From Candidatus Bathyarchaeota archaeon (GTDB taxonomy: Archaea > Thermoproteota > Bathyarchaeia > Bathyarchaeales > Bathycorpusculaceae): a stretch of 64,000 nt of DNA. Numbering within the stretch: the stretch's first letter is position 1; each line of letters begins with the position of its first letter. The stretch is from the NCBI GenBank assembly GCA_018396705.1, contig JAGTQZ010000003.1:168711-232710 (forward strand). Reading direction: 5' to 3'. The notes under the pieces were generated by a model that saw only the letters and a program-made list of their open reading frames with translations, was not told the origin of the DNA and did not search any database. Of this stretch, positions 1 to 7,771 are shown one piece after another. The position numbers were made by a program, and so were the translations under genes.

Positions 1-691
1 TCGGTCTAAGCCTTGAAAAGTCGAAGCCCACCCCACCGCCGCTCTTCTCAATTAAAGCCATATTCTTCACCGCCGTGAAAATACTGTCTAATGAGTCTTC
101 AACCGGTAGCACAAAACATGCAGAAAGTTGTCCAAGTCTTGTGCCCGCATTAAAAAGTGTAGGTGAATTCGGCAGAAATTCCAGCCTTGCCATCATTTTG
201 TAAAAAGTTTCCTCGCTTGTCTTCGGATTATCACCATATCTTCTGTCTACTCTTGCTATGGCTCTGGCAACTCGACGGAACATTTGCGCAGGAGTCTCAA
301 TTACACGCTCGTTTTCATCTTTCAATAGATAACGTTTCTTCAAGACTTCAAGCGCATTAACCGACAACTTCGGTTCTTCAATTCCAAGCTGCGCCCTAAG
401 CTGCCTTATCTCCGTCTTTCTCTCTCTATAGGCTTGATATTCAACGGCCACCTCTTCGAAACCATTTTTCTTTAAAACCTCTATAACCGCGTCTTGAACA
501 TCTTCAACTGATGGAATTTTTTCCTTAAACCTTTCCTCCAGAAGCCCTACAACTTCTCGTGTCAGTTTTTCAGCTTTTTCGCCATTTTCAAGTTCCACGG
601 CTACAAAAGCCTTGTGAATGGCGCTTCGAATCCGTTCATGGTTAAAGTCAACTATGCGACCGTCTCTCTTTCTAATTCTTGTTATGGGCAT
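1..691 (-). CDS. nrdJ: Ribonucleotide reductase, N-terminal portion (ATP-cone plus start of catalytic domain), probably B12-dependent class II; the gene continues past the left edge
   Basis: Absent from the supplied ORF track because there is no stop in the window. Manual minus-strand translation from the ATG at complement(689..691) gives [29 protein letters not shown] (ATP-cone) ... [37 protein letters not shown] ... [16 protein letters not shown]. These are RNR large-subunit motifs. The class II assignment is from memory of NrdJ motifs. Confidence 0.75.
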   Translation of the reverse strand, partial: MPITRIRKRDGRIVDFNHERIRSAIHKAFVAVELENGEKAEKLTREVVGLLEERFKEKIPSVEDVQDAVIEVLKKNGFEEVAVEYQAYRERKTEIRQLRAQLGIEEPKLSVNALEVLKKRYLLKDENERVIETPAQMFRRVARAIARVDRRYGDNPKTSEETFYKMMARLEFLPNSPTLFNAGTRLGQLSACFVLPVEDSLDSIFTAVKNMALIEKSGGGVGFDFSRLRP

Positions 692-1269
692 GGCTTTTCA
701 ACTCTAGAAGAAAAGCAAAATGAAATATAAAGCTTGAAAGGAAGACGAAAGAAGCAACGCCCAGCGTAGGCTCGTATTTACCATGTAAAAGTTCCCTCTG
801 CGATTCTGATTCCTCTATTATTCTGTTCGGCTATAGTTTATACATGCAACATGAGAGGATTTTCGAGCATGTAAGAAATGTCCACAAGACTTCTCTTGGC
901 CGGGATACACGCTTTCATCGACGGAAGCCAAACCTTGGCGGAAGAAACCTAAAATTAAGTCAAAGTCTTTTCAATGCATTTGTAAGCTCTTTATGTTTTG
1001 GCGAAACAACAGCGTCCATGAAATATTTTGCTTTCCAACTTTTTAGCAACTTTTTGGCTGCCAACGGGCCTTTTGTTTAACTATAAAAACTTTGATGTGG
1101 CTAACCCATTTCCGCCGCCACTGGACACATTCTCCTGTAGCCGGCTATGAGAACCTACATAAGTTAAGGAAAGCTTTGATTACTAAAATTCAGACAAGCG
1201 TTTTATGATTCTAAAGTTTGAGATTTGAAAATTTTATATAGGGCTATTGTTATTGTAGTGTTGAGTGTC

Positions 1270-1578
1270 ATGGCGGATATCTGTCAAATATGCGGGCTTC
1301 CCAAGGACTTATGTGTCTGCGGTGAAATAGGAAAAGAGCAGCAAAGGATTCGCATAAGGTTTGAAACAAGGAAGTTTGGCAGACCAACAACAATTGTGGA
1401 AGGCTTGGACAACAAAGACACAGACATCGGAAGCATAGCACAAAAACTCAAAAGCTTCTGCGCTTGTGGTGGGACAGCAAAAAATGGACAAATAATACTC
1501 CAAGGAGACCACCGCGAAAAAGTTCGCCAGTACCTAATAAAACTCGGATATCCTGAGGAAAACATAGAAGTTCAGTAG
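1270..1578 (+). CDS. sui1: Translation initiation factor aSUI1 (eIF1 homologue)
   Basis: ORF 1225..1578. MADICQICGLPKDLCVCGEI ... RIRIRFETRKFGRPTTIVEGL ... CACGGTAKNGQIILQGDHREKV is the SUI1 signature. I prefer the ATG at 1270 over the TTG at 1225 because homologues begin at the CxxCG knuckle. Confidence 0.9.
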   Translation: MADICQICGLPKDLCVCGEIGKEQQRIRIRFETRKFGRPTTIVEGLDNKDTDIGSIAQKLKSFCACGGTAKNGQIILQGDHREKVRQYLIKLGYPEENIEVQ

Positions 1579-1821
1579 ACCTTAGAGACTGCAAAGGGGA
1601 TTAAGCCAACGGGATTCCTACAAAACCTGCGTGAGATATTTAAAACTCTAAGACACTGTAGACCATCAAAAATTTATTGTCCAAAATGCGGAAGCTCGAA
1701 ACTCCATCTGTCAAACAGTTTAGATTATTGGCTAACTCCTAAAAAATATTTTTGTGAGGACTGCGGCTATTATGGACCAATAGTTATGGAGCTTGAAGAG
1801 GACAGAAAAAATGGCTACTAA
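1579..1821 (+). CDS. Small zinc-ribbon protein (CPKC...CEDC) with no canonical start codon; open frame directly follows, and is in frame with, the aSUI1 TAG stop
   Basis: Manual translation of frame 1 after the TAG at 1576..1578: TLETAKGIKPTGFLQNLREIFKTLRHCRPSKIYCPKCGSSKLHLSNSLDYWLTPKKYFCEDCGYYGPIVMELEEDRKNGY*. The only in-frame ATG/GTG/TTG lies after both CxxC pairs. Candidate starts are ATT 1600, CTG 1627 and ATA 1636. Confidence 0.35.
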   Translation, partial: TLETAKGIKPTGFLQNLREIFKTLRHCRPSKIYCPKCGSSKLHLSNSLDYWLTPKKYFCEDCGYYGPIVMELEEDRKNGY

Positions 1822-1832
1822 CCCGAGAACAC

Positions 1833-2774
1833 TTAGTCCGGCAATTCGAGGTTAAGCTGTCTCTTTAAAGTTTTGTAGCGGTTCCGCACTGTAACCTCTG
1901 TAACACCAGCAGCTTCTGCAATGTCTTTTTGAGTCTTCTTTTCGTTACCCATTAAACACGCAATGTAAAGGGCTGCGGCTGCAAGCCCCATTGGATCTTT
2001 GCCTGCTGCAGCCCTACGTTTTTTAGCTTCTCTCAAGATTTGTATGGCAATCCCCTGCGTTTTGCCAGAAATTCCAGTTTTCTCAGCGATTTTTGACACG
2101 TATGTTAATGGGTCAGCTATAGGCATCTGCACATCCAGCTCTCGAAGTAAAAGTCTGTAGCAACGAGCAACATCTTTTTTGTCGACAAGGCTGGCTTCAG
2201 CTATTTCCCGCAATGTTCTAGGGGTTCCGCTTCCACGACAAGCCGCGTACAAAGCAGCTGCGGCTATTGCGGCTATTGATCGGCCTCTTACTAGTCCCTT
2301 GTCGAGAGCTTTTCGGTATATAACTGCAGCCTTTTCCTTTATGGGTGGTGGAATGTAAACCTTGTCTGACAAGCGATCGAGCTCAGCCATGGCTTGTGCT
2401 AAGTTGCGGTCTATTGAGGAATGTACTCTTGAGCGTATCTGCCACTTCCTCAAACGCCACATCTGTAAGCGTGTTGAAAGTGGAAGTTTCCTTCCGAAAG
2501 CGTCGCGGTCCACTTGGCTTATGGCTGTTGAAAGCCCCTTGTCGTGGACAGAGTAGGATGTCGGGACACCCACACGGCTTCTTGAAGCTTTTTCTTCTTG
2601 AGTGAAAGCTCGCCACTCCGGTCCTTTGTCCATCATTTGTTCGTGAAGAACAAGCCCACATTCTCCGCAAACAGTCTCACCAGTGTCATAATCATGAATA
2701 AGGTTTGGACTACCGCACTCTGGACACTTGTCAACCAAGCGTTGACGGGTTTTAACTTCTTGTTGCTCACTCAC
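1833..2774 (-). CDS. tfb: Transcription initiation factor TFB (TFIIB homologue)
   Basis: N-terminal Zn ribbon CPECGSPNLIHDYDTGETVCGECG followed by two cyclin-like repeats (RGRSIAAIAAAALYAACR ... GKDPMGLAAAALYIAC). GTG start. Confidence 0.95.
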   Translation of the reverse strand: MSEQQEVKTRQRLVDKCPECGSPNLIHDYDTGETVCGECGLVLHEQMMDKGPEWRAFTQEEKASRSRVGVPTSYSVHDKGLSTAISQVDRDAFGRKLPLSTRLQMWRLRKWQIRSRVHSSIDRNLAQAMAELDRLSDKVYIPPPIKEKAAVIYRKALDKGLVRGRSIAAIAAAALYAACRGSGTPRTLREIAEASLVDKKDVARCYRLLLRELDVQMPIADPLTYVSKIAEKTGISGKTQGIAIQILREAKKRRAAAGKDPMGLAAAALYIACLMGNEKKTQKDIAEAAGVTEVTVRNRYKTLKRQLNLELPD

Positions 2775-2880
2775 TTTCTCACCATCTCTGCCGCGGTAGA
2801 ACCGTTGCCTCTTTTCATTTCCCTCATCAGATCGGAATAGAAGACAGCCATTCGGCCCGCGTGCTTACTCAGATGAAATG

Positions 2881-2899
2881 TTTTAATATATAAATTTTA
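2881..2899. promoter_or_regulatory. AT-rich TATA-like element in the divergent tfb / nucleotidyltransferase intergenic region
   Basis: ttttaatatataaatttta is the strongest TATA-like string between the divergently oriented starts at 2774 and 2974. Which gene it serves cannot be decided from sequence. Confidence 0.3.
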
Positions 2900-2973
2900 C
2901 GGTTCAGATTAAAGGATACCATTCACAAATTTTGAATACTAATGTAAACTATTGATTTATTGGGAGAACACAA

Positions 2974-4095
2974 ATGTCCAGTATGATAAAACTTCCAGAA
3001 AAAATCAGAAGAACTCTCGAAAAAATAGTCAAAGAGATGACTGTAAAAGAGAATGTTTACGGCTTAGGCATGTTTGGAAGCTGGAGCAGGGGAGACTCCA
3101 CCAGCACAAGCGACGTCGACTTGCTTATCTTAACAAAAAGCAGCATTCCAGACGAATGTGTGGAAAGAGTTGTAGTTAACGATATAATGGTAGATCTGGA
3201 CTTCATCCCAATGCAATGGGTTCAAGGGCTCCTACCGCCTGAGTTGGACCAAAAAATCTTCGAAACCCAAATTCTCTATGACAGAGATTGGACATTAGCA
3301 AACGTTAAAATGTTAATGGCTAAATCTTACGGCTCTCCAGAAAGAGTGGAAATTCGAACAGATGCCCACGCGGTGGAAGCCGATATCCATTTAAGCAGAG
3401 CAACCTCAGCCCTATCAAAAAAGGACTTTTTAAGCGCTCATCTTTTCGCTTCAACAGCTATAGAAAACATCCTGAAGATACCATTAGAGATAACATTGCA
3501 GCCAATTTCAAACAGCCGCTTCATAGAAAACGCTGAAATCGCAACAGAAAAACTCGGTTTGAAAGAAATATTCACAAACTACATGGAAACATTGAAGTTA
3601 GACATGGCAGACAGAGTTCTGGCTGAGGAAAAATTGAAACTTTTTAAGGCATTATGGGACGAAATGAGCCATCTGGTTAAGCAGAACGCTCAAACAATTG
3701 AAAGAGCCCACTTCAAAATAAAAACAAGTCTAAGATACTATTTTAACCCAGTCTTTATGCAAGGTACTGTCTTAAGAACAACCTCAATAATCAACGCCAA
3801 AAATTTTGCAGAATCTGTCCACTACTTAAACAACGTTTTTCTTAATATGCTTGAAAACTATGCTTGGCTAAAATCTGTCGTAGAAAGACAGCAAGTTGAC
3901 TACACAACACTGATACGCTCCATGGAAAACCTTGAAAAAACAAGCCCAAGAAACTATCAGAGTATAGTAAAATTTCTAGGACTGAACGACACAGACGAAG
4001 CAAAAGTGAAAAAGATTATCGAAAAAGCCAAAAGAGACATAGTTAAACTGCGCAGAGAAAAGAAACATTTAATCAAAACCCACATAAAGAGTTAA
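2974..4095 (+). CDS. Pol-beta-type nucleotidyltransferase domain protein with a long alpha-helical (HEPN/KNTase_C-like) C-terminal region
   Basis: YGLGMFGSWSRGDSTSTSDVDLLIL is the GS-x(n)-DxD minimal nucleotidyltransferase motif. The ~270-aa helical C-terminus (ADIHLSRATSALSKKDFLSAHLFASTAIENILKI) resembles substrate-binding/HEPN-like helices. Confidence 0.7.
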   Translation: MSSMIKLPEKIRRTLEKIVKEMTVKENVYGLGMFGSWSRGDSTSTSDVDLLILTKSSIPDECVERVVVNDIMVDLDFIPMQWVQGLLPPELDQKIFETQILYDRDWTLANVKMLMAKSYGSPERVEIRTDAHAVEADIHLSRATSALSKKDFLSAHLFASTAIENILKIPLEITLQPISNSRFIENAEIATEKLGLKEIFTNYMETLKLDMADRVLAEEKLKLFKALWDEMSHLVKQNAQTIERAHFKIKTSLRYYFNPVFMQGTVLRTTSIINAKNFAESVHYLNNVFLNMLENYAWLKSVVERQQVDYTTLIRSMENLEKTSPRNYQSIVKFLGLNDTDEAKVKKIIEKAKRDIVKLRREKKHLIKTHIKS

Positions 4096-4113
4096 TATTA
4101 AAGACTAAACAGA

Positions 4114-4189
4114 AGCCCGGTGGTGTAGCGGACAAGCATAGCGGGCTTTGGACCCGCTGACGGGAGTTCGAATCTCCCCCGGGCTACCA
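4114..4189 (+). tRNA. tRNA-Gln (anticodon TTG), CCA encoded
   Basis: Hand-folded cloverleaf: acceptor agcccgg/ccgggct, anticodon arm gcggg-ctTTGga-cccgc, T arm gggag-ttcgaat-ctccc, then A-CCA. Confidence 0.9.
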
Positions 4190-4225
4190 TACAACCGCAC
4201 GATTATTTAGCTTCTTTTAACATAA

Positions 4226-4300
4226 TGGGCCGGACCGGATTTGAACCGGTGACCTCAGCCTCGTAAGGGCTGCGTCCTAACCAAACTAGACGACCGGCCC
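4226..4300 (-). tRNA. tRNA-Val (anticodon TAC)
   Basis: The reverse complement gggccggtcgtctagtttggttaggacgcagcccttacgaggctgaggtcaccggttcaaatccggtccggccca folds with anticodon arm cagcc-ctTACga-ggctg and T arm accgg-ttcaaat-ccggt. Confidence 0.9.
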
Positions 4301-4318
4301 TTTTCCACACGTTATCTC

Positions 4319-5320
4319 TTAGCAGCTTTTATTAAAGTTCTCGGAAATAACTTTTACAATAATATCCACAGGATCTTCTAAAGATGAAAGCTTTTTTTGT
4401 ACATCAAACCGCTTTCCAATGTAACGTTTAGCTATTGAGATGACGTCTGAAGCATTCGCCATAAATAACGGGAAACCTTTCTTTGCAAGATATTCGTTCA
4501 CATATGTTTTCCCGAACTCGGAAATGACTATGCTTGGGGTTCCCTGCAAAGCTGCTTCCCTTGATATCGTTCCACCAGCGCTTACAACAAGGTCAGCTGA
4601 AGCCACTAAACTTGCAGTGTCCACGAATTTTTCAAGGGTTATCACTCCGTTTATTTTTTGTTTGCCGTAACGCGAGATAAAAAGGACATTTCCAAGTTTA
4701 GCAAGTTTTTTCGCCGCTTTCTCAGTTACGTCTTCTTTTTCAAGGGCGTATGAGGCTCGCGTTTCAAGTTGCCTTACAACGATTAACGGCCTTTCAAAGT
4801 TAAAGTCTTTGGTTGGCGAAAAACCCTTAATCCATGCGACTTCGTCCACGCCTTTGAACTGGTAGATTTTGGGTTTGCCATAGCACGCGAAAAGCCTTTT
4901 CGGAATTGCTTCCGAAACTACAAGAGCTTTTGACAGGGGAATCGTAAGTCTGTTAACCGCGTCCGCATGAGGGGTGTCGGCTGTTAAAATTATGGGAATG
5001 GCAAGTCCAAACGCCACGCGGCACAGTTCTACGGACTGATGGGAAATGGCAACGTCTGGCAAGTTGTTTTTAAAAAACTCGGCTAGTTTAGATGTTCGCT
5101 TTGTGCTTTCCTTTAGCTTGCTGAAAAGCGAGGCTGAGCTGTATCTGCCGATGGCGACAAAGTCCTCTTTTAGTAAGCTTGCTAAAGCTAAAGTGTCGGG
5201 ATGTCTTCTTGTTGTTAGGATTACTTCGTGGCCTAGACTGCGCAGCTTTCTGGCTATGGTTGTTCCATAGCGTACATGCTTTCCGGTGCACGCGTCATAC
5301 CAAACTCGCATATCCTTCAC
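4319..5320 (-). CDS. DUF354-family protein (GT-B / UDP-GlcNAc 2-epimerase-like fold), glycan cluster
   Basis: 333-aa ORF. N-terminus MRVWYDACTGKHVRYGTTIARKLRSLGHEVILTTR and C-terminal GGTISREAALQGTPSI resemble DUF354 as I remember it. The GTG start overlaps the TGA stop of the upstream acetyltransferase (GTGA). Confidence 0.6.
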   Translation of the reverse strand: MKDMRVWYDACTGKHVRYGTTIARKLRSLGHEVILTTRRHPDTLALASLLKEDFVAIGRYSSASLFSKLKESTKRTSKLAEFFKNNLPDVAISHQSVELCRVAFGLAIPIILTADTPHADAVNRLTIPLSKALVVSEAIPKRLFACYGKPKIYQFKGVDEVAWIKGFSPTKDFNFERPLIVVRQLETRASYALEKEDVTEKAAKKLAKLGNVLFISRYGKQKINGVITLEKFVDTASLVASADLVVSAGGTISREAALQGTPSIVISEFGKTYVNEYLAKKGFPLFMANASDVISIAKRYIGKRFDVQKKLSSLEDPVDIIVKVISENFNKSC

Positions 5321-5823
5321 TTTGAATGTTTCTTGGTGAAAGCCTCTTTTTTCGCTTCATACTCCATTCTTGTCATAATTGGTTTAGCTGGCGAACCGGC
5401 AACAACCGTGTGTGGAGGCACATCCTTTGTAACAAGGCTTCCGGCACCGACCACGGCGTGTTTGCCGATCTTCACGTTTGGGAGGATTATGCATCCCCCG
5501 CCTATTATGGCGTTATCCTCTATTATGGATGGTGTTATGCATCGACCATTGGGAAATTTGTCATTTAATAAGCTGGTGTTGGGGCCTATAAAGACATTGT
5601 CGCCCACTTTGCACTCGTTTGATATTGTCACGTGGGCTTGTATGTTGCAGTTTCTGCCTATCACAACGTTTCTGCCGATGTCGCAGAAGCTTCCGATGCG
5701 GGTTCCATCACCTATTTCTGTATTGTCGCCTATCACTACGTAGTTCCATATCACGACGTCTTTGCCTACTTGTACGTTTCTGCCTATTATCACGCCTTCA
5801 CCCTTTTTAGGAGTGGGCATCAA
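5317..5823 (-). CDS. Left-handed beta-helix (hexapeptide-repeat) sugar N-acetyltransferase, WbpD/WlbB-like
   Basis: Continuous hexapeptide repeats (IGRNVQVGKDVVIWNYVVIGDNTEIGDGTRIGSFCDIGRNVVIGRNCNI...) in 168 aa, within a glycan cluster. Confidence 0.85.
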   Translation of the reverse strand: MMPTPKKGEGVIIGRNVQVGKDVVIWNYVVIGDNTEIGDGTRIGSFCDIGRNVVIGRNCNIQAHVTISNECKVGDNVFIGPNTSLLNDKFPNGRCITPSIIEDNAIIGGGCIILPNVKIGKHAVVGAGSLVTKDVPPHTVVAGSPAKPIMTRMEYEAKKEAFTKKHSK

Positions 5824-5905
5824 TTTTTCTCCTTTCGCTTTTAGTTATGAACAATGATGTGAAGCTTAAATAGTTTGACGATTTTAGTGTTTTCCACTAG
5901 TTAAA

Positions 5906-6772
5906 GTGGTTGAAATGGTTAAAGAAAGGGTTTTAGTTGTCGGTTTAGGCGAAGTTGGCCGTCCCTTGTTTGAACTGCTAAAAGAATGTGGAAAGTTTGA
6001 AGTTTACGGCTATGATTTGAATACGGATAGAATGCGTGAAATCGGCCAGTCTAAAGATTCCCTGCCCGAAACCGTTGACATAATGCACGTTTGCATTCCA
6101 TGCGTTAATAAAGAGAAATTCGCCGACGCTGTTGTGGGCTATGTGGAGTGTTTCAAGCCTAACCTTGTAATAATAAACAGCACTGTTGAACCCGGCACAA
6201 CCGCGGAAATCTACAAGCGTCTCCGCAAAGCATGTTTCGTGGCGCATTCCCCTGTGCGCGGAGTCCACAAAAGCCTAGAACACATGAAATGGGAGTTGAA
6301 ACGTTGGACAAAATACATAGGCGGAGTTAACGAAGAATCAGCGCAAAATGCAAAAAAGCATTATGAAAAACTAGGATTAAAAACAAAAGTTTTGAAAAGC
6401 AGCCTTGAAACAGAGTTAGCTAAACTTTTTGAAACTACTTACCGGGCTTGGATGATCGTGTGCTTCCAGGAAATGCACAGAATTAGCAGACACTTCGGTG
6501 CAGATTTCGACGAAGTGGTTGACTTTATCGAAGACACACATCGTGTTAGACTAGATAGGCCGGTGATGTTTCCAGGAGTTATTGGGGGGCACTGTTTAAT
6601 TCCCAACGCTGAGCTTCTTCTTAGAAATTACGATTCTAAGCTTCTGCGGTTTATATTTGAATCCAACGAGAGGCGTGTTGAAGAAATGAAAGACAAACGT
6701 GTCCGCGATGAGGTTGCAAAAATTATGAAACGTGTGGAAATTCTCCAAAAAAATTGCAAGATCAATAACTAA
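5906..6772 (+). CDS. UDP-glucose/GDP-mannose dehydrogenase-family protein, short form (NAD-binding and central domains only)
   Basis: Rossmann motif VLVVGLGEVGRPL and a catalytic-Cys-like motif VIGGHCLIPN. At 288 aa there is no room for the C-terminal UDP-binding domain. Confidence 0.65.
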   Translation: MVEMVKERVLVVGLGEVGRPLFELLKECGKFEVYGYDLNTDRMREIGQSKDSLPETVDIMHVCIPCVNKEKFADAVVGYVECFKPNLVIINSTVEPGTTAEIYKRLRKACFVAHSPVRGVHKSLEHMKWELKRWTKYIGGVNEESAQNAKKHYEKLGLKTKVLKSSLETELAKLFETTYRAWMIVCFQEMHRISRHFGADFDEVVDFIEDTHRVRLDRPVMFPGVIGGHCLIPNAELLLRNYDSKLLRFIFESNERRVEEMKDKRVRDEVAKIMKRVEILQKNCKINN

Positions 6773-6802
6773 AGCGTTGAAAAAGTGTAAGGTGAAAAGT
6801 TT

Positions 6803-7726
6803 TTGCATTGGAGGATAACCGTTCGGAAGATGCTTGGCCGCAGGGGCATTTTTCTCCTTAGAAACATCGCGTCGTCTATGGCTTTCTCTTTAAGGCTTAT
6901 TCCTCCAGCAACCAACGTAAAAAGACAAGATGGCATATCTGCTATCACCTGCACCTACAATGAAGAAGACTGGATAGAAGCATCCTTAATGTCGATAAAA
7001 GACCTTGTCAACGAAATTTTGGTGCTGGATTCTTCAACAGACAGAACACCAGAAATTGTGGAAGACCTCCGCGAAAACCATGGGCTTCCAGTTAAGCTGC
7101 ATAGGGTGCCATTAGGCGACATGGCGCATACGAGAAATCTTGGGCTCTCAATGGCAAAGTACAAGTGGATTTTGATATGGGACGCTGACTTTGTGTTGAA
7201 GGATGAAGCCGCATCTATATTAAAGAAGCTTTTGGAAAGCTTAGACGAGAGAAGGTACTATCTTATTTACTGGCCGCACATCTGCCTTGATGGAGATTTA
7301 ATGCATCAAGATCCTAGGAATGCGCTTCATGTTGAACATTGGCTTTTCACATGGAGCCCCAAGTTGCGCTACGCGAAAGTAGGCTTATCCGACAGCCTCG
7401 TGGCTCCCTTGGCCTACTATAAAGTCTTGTATGTTAATGAGCCGTTAAGCTTTCACTTGAGAACCGTGCGGAGCCCAATTAGACTACTTTATAGACATTA
7501 TAGATGGCTTATGCGCAGAGAAGGACTTGAAGGCAAAGTAAACCCAGAGGATTATGTTAAAACGAGAATAAGCCAAGACTTCCAAACAACAGACATTAAT
7601 CAAGCAGCAAACCTATATTTTCAAAAATACCTTTTAAATCTGGTCAAGTACCGTAAGGATGTTTATGGTGATTATCCCCGACCATTAAAAGAATACGCAA
7701 AAAGAAGGTATGGCATAATTCTGTAA
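6803..7726 (+). CDS. Family 2 glycosyltransferase
   Basis: ISAITCTYNEEDWIEASLMSI ... VLDSSTDRTPEIV ... ILIWDADFVL (DxD). The true start may be an internal Met. Confidence 0.8.
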   Translation: MHWRITVRKMLGRRGIFLLRNIASSMAFSLRLIPPATNVKRQDGISAITCTYNEEDWIEASLMSIKDLVNEILVLDSSTDRTPEIVEDLRENHGLPVKLHRVPLGDMAHTRNLGLSMAKYKWILIWDADFVLKDEAASILKKLLESLDERRYYLIYWPHICLDGDLMHQDPRNALHVEHWLFTWSPKLRYAKVGLSDSLVAPLAYYKVLYVNEPLSFHLRTVRSPIRLLYRHYRWLMRREGLEGKVNPEDYVKTRISQDFQTTDINQAANLYFQKYLLNLVKYRKDVYGDYPRPLKEYAKRRYGIIL

Positions 7727-7771
7727 CTTTGATCAAAAGTTATATAGTCTGGCAAATTTACGTGTACTAAA

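Noticed and set aside
844-1080. 78-aa plus-strand ORF in the 580-bp gap between nrdJ and sui1, and the possibility of an ncRNA (SRP RNA, RNase P RNA, C/D box sRNA or riboswitch) in 692..1269
   Set aside because: The peptide is low-complexity and basic with no motif. I could not find RNase P CR-I/CR-V strings, an SRP helix-8 motif or a proper C (RUGAUGA) / D (CUGA) box arrangement. The gap remains unexplained, but I cannot support a feature there.
1284-1565. Antisense or alternative-frame ORFs inside strong genes. Examples: 1284..1565, 2345..2670, 4440..4670, 5276..5844, 10645..10992, 14059..14555, 16609..16926, 20171..20898, 21401..22135, 23578..24199, 29334..30491, 36313..37611, 41985..42782, 59103..59535 and 61796..62864
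   Set aside because: These are shadow ORFs opposite, or out of frame with, genes that carry unambiguous family motifs. Their peptides are low-complexity (Ser/Leu/Arg/Pro-rich) with no motifs.
1576-1578. Pyrrolysine or genome-wide TAG recoding as the explanation for the in-frame ORF after the sui1 TAG
   Set aside because: TAG clearly terminates other well-defined genes in the window, for example 16284..16286 (followed by a second TAG), 18548..18550 and 28261..28263. Global reassignment is therefore unlikely, and no pyl genes are visible here.
2263-2280. Tandem 9-nt duplication gcggctatt-gcggctatt inside tfb
   Set aside because: It encodes the Ala/Ile-rich helix (IAAIAAAALYAA) of the first cyclin repeat. 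It is in frame and unremarkable.
4091-4103. AT-rich strings just upstream of tRNA-Gln (ttaatattaaag), and of tRNA-Ile (tattataa, 58921..58928), considered as TATA boxes
   Set aside because: Their centres are only about 15-20 nt from the mature 5' ends, too close for the usual -26/-27 archaeal TATA spacing. They were not reported as promoters.
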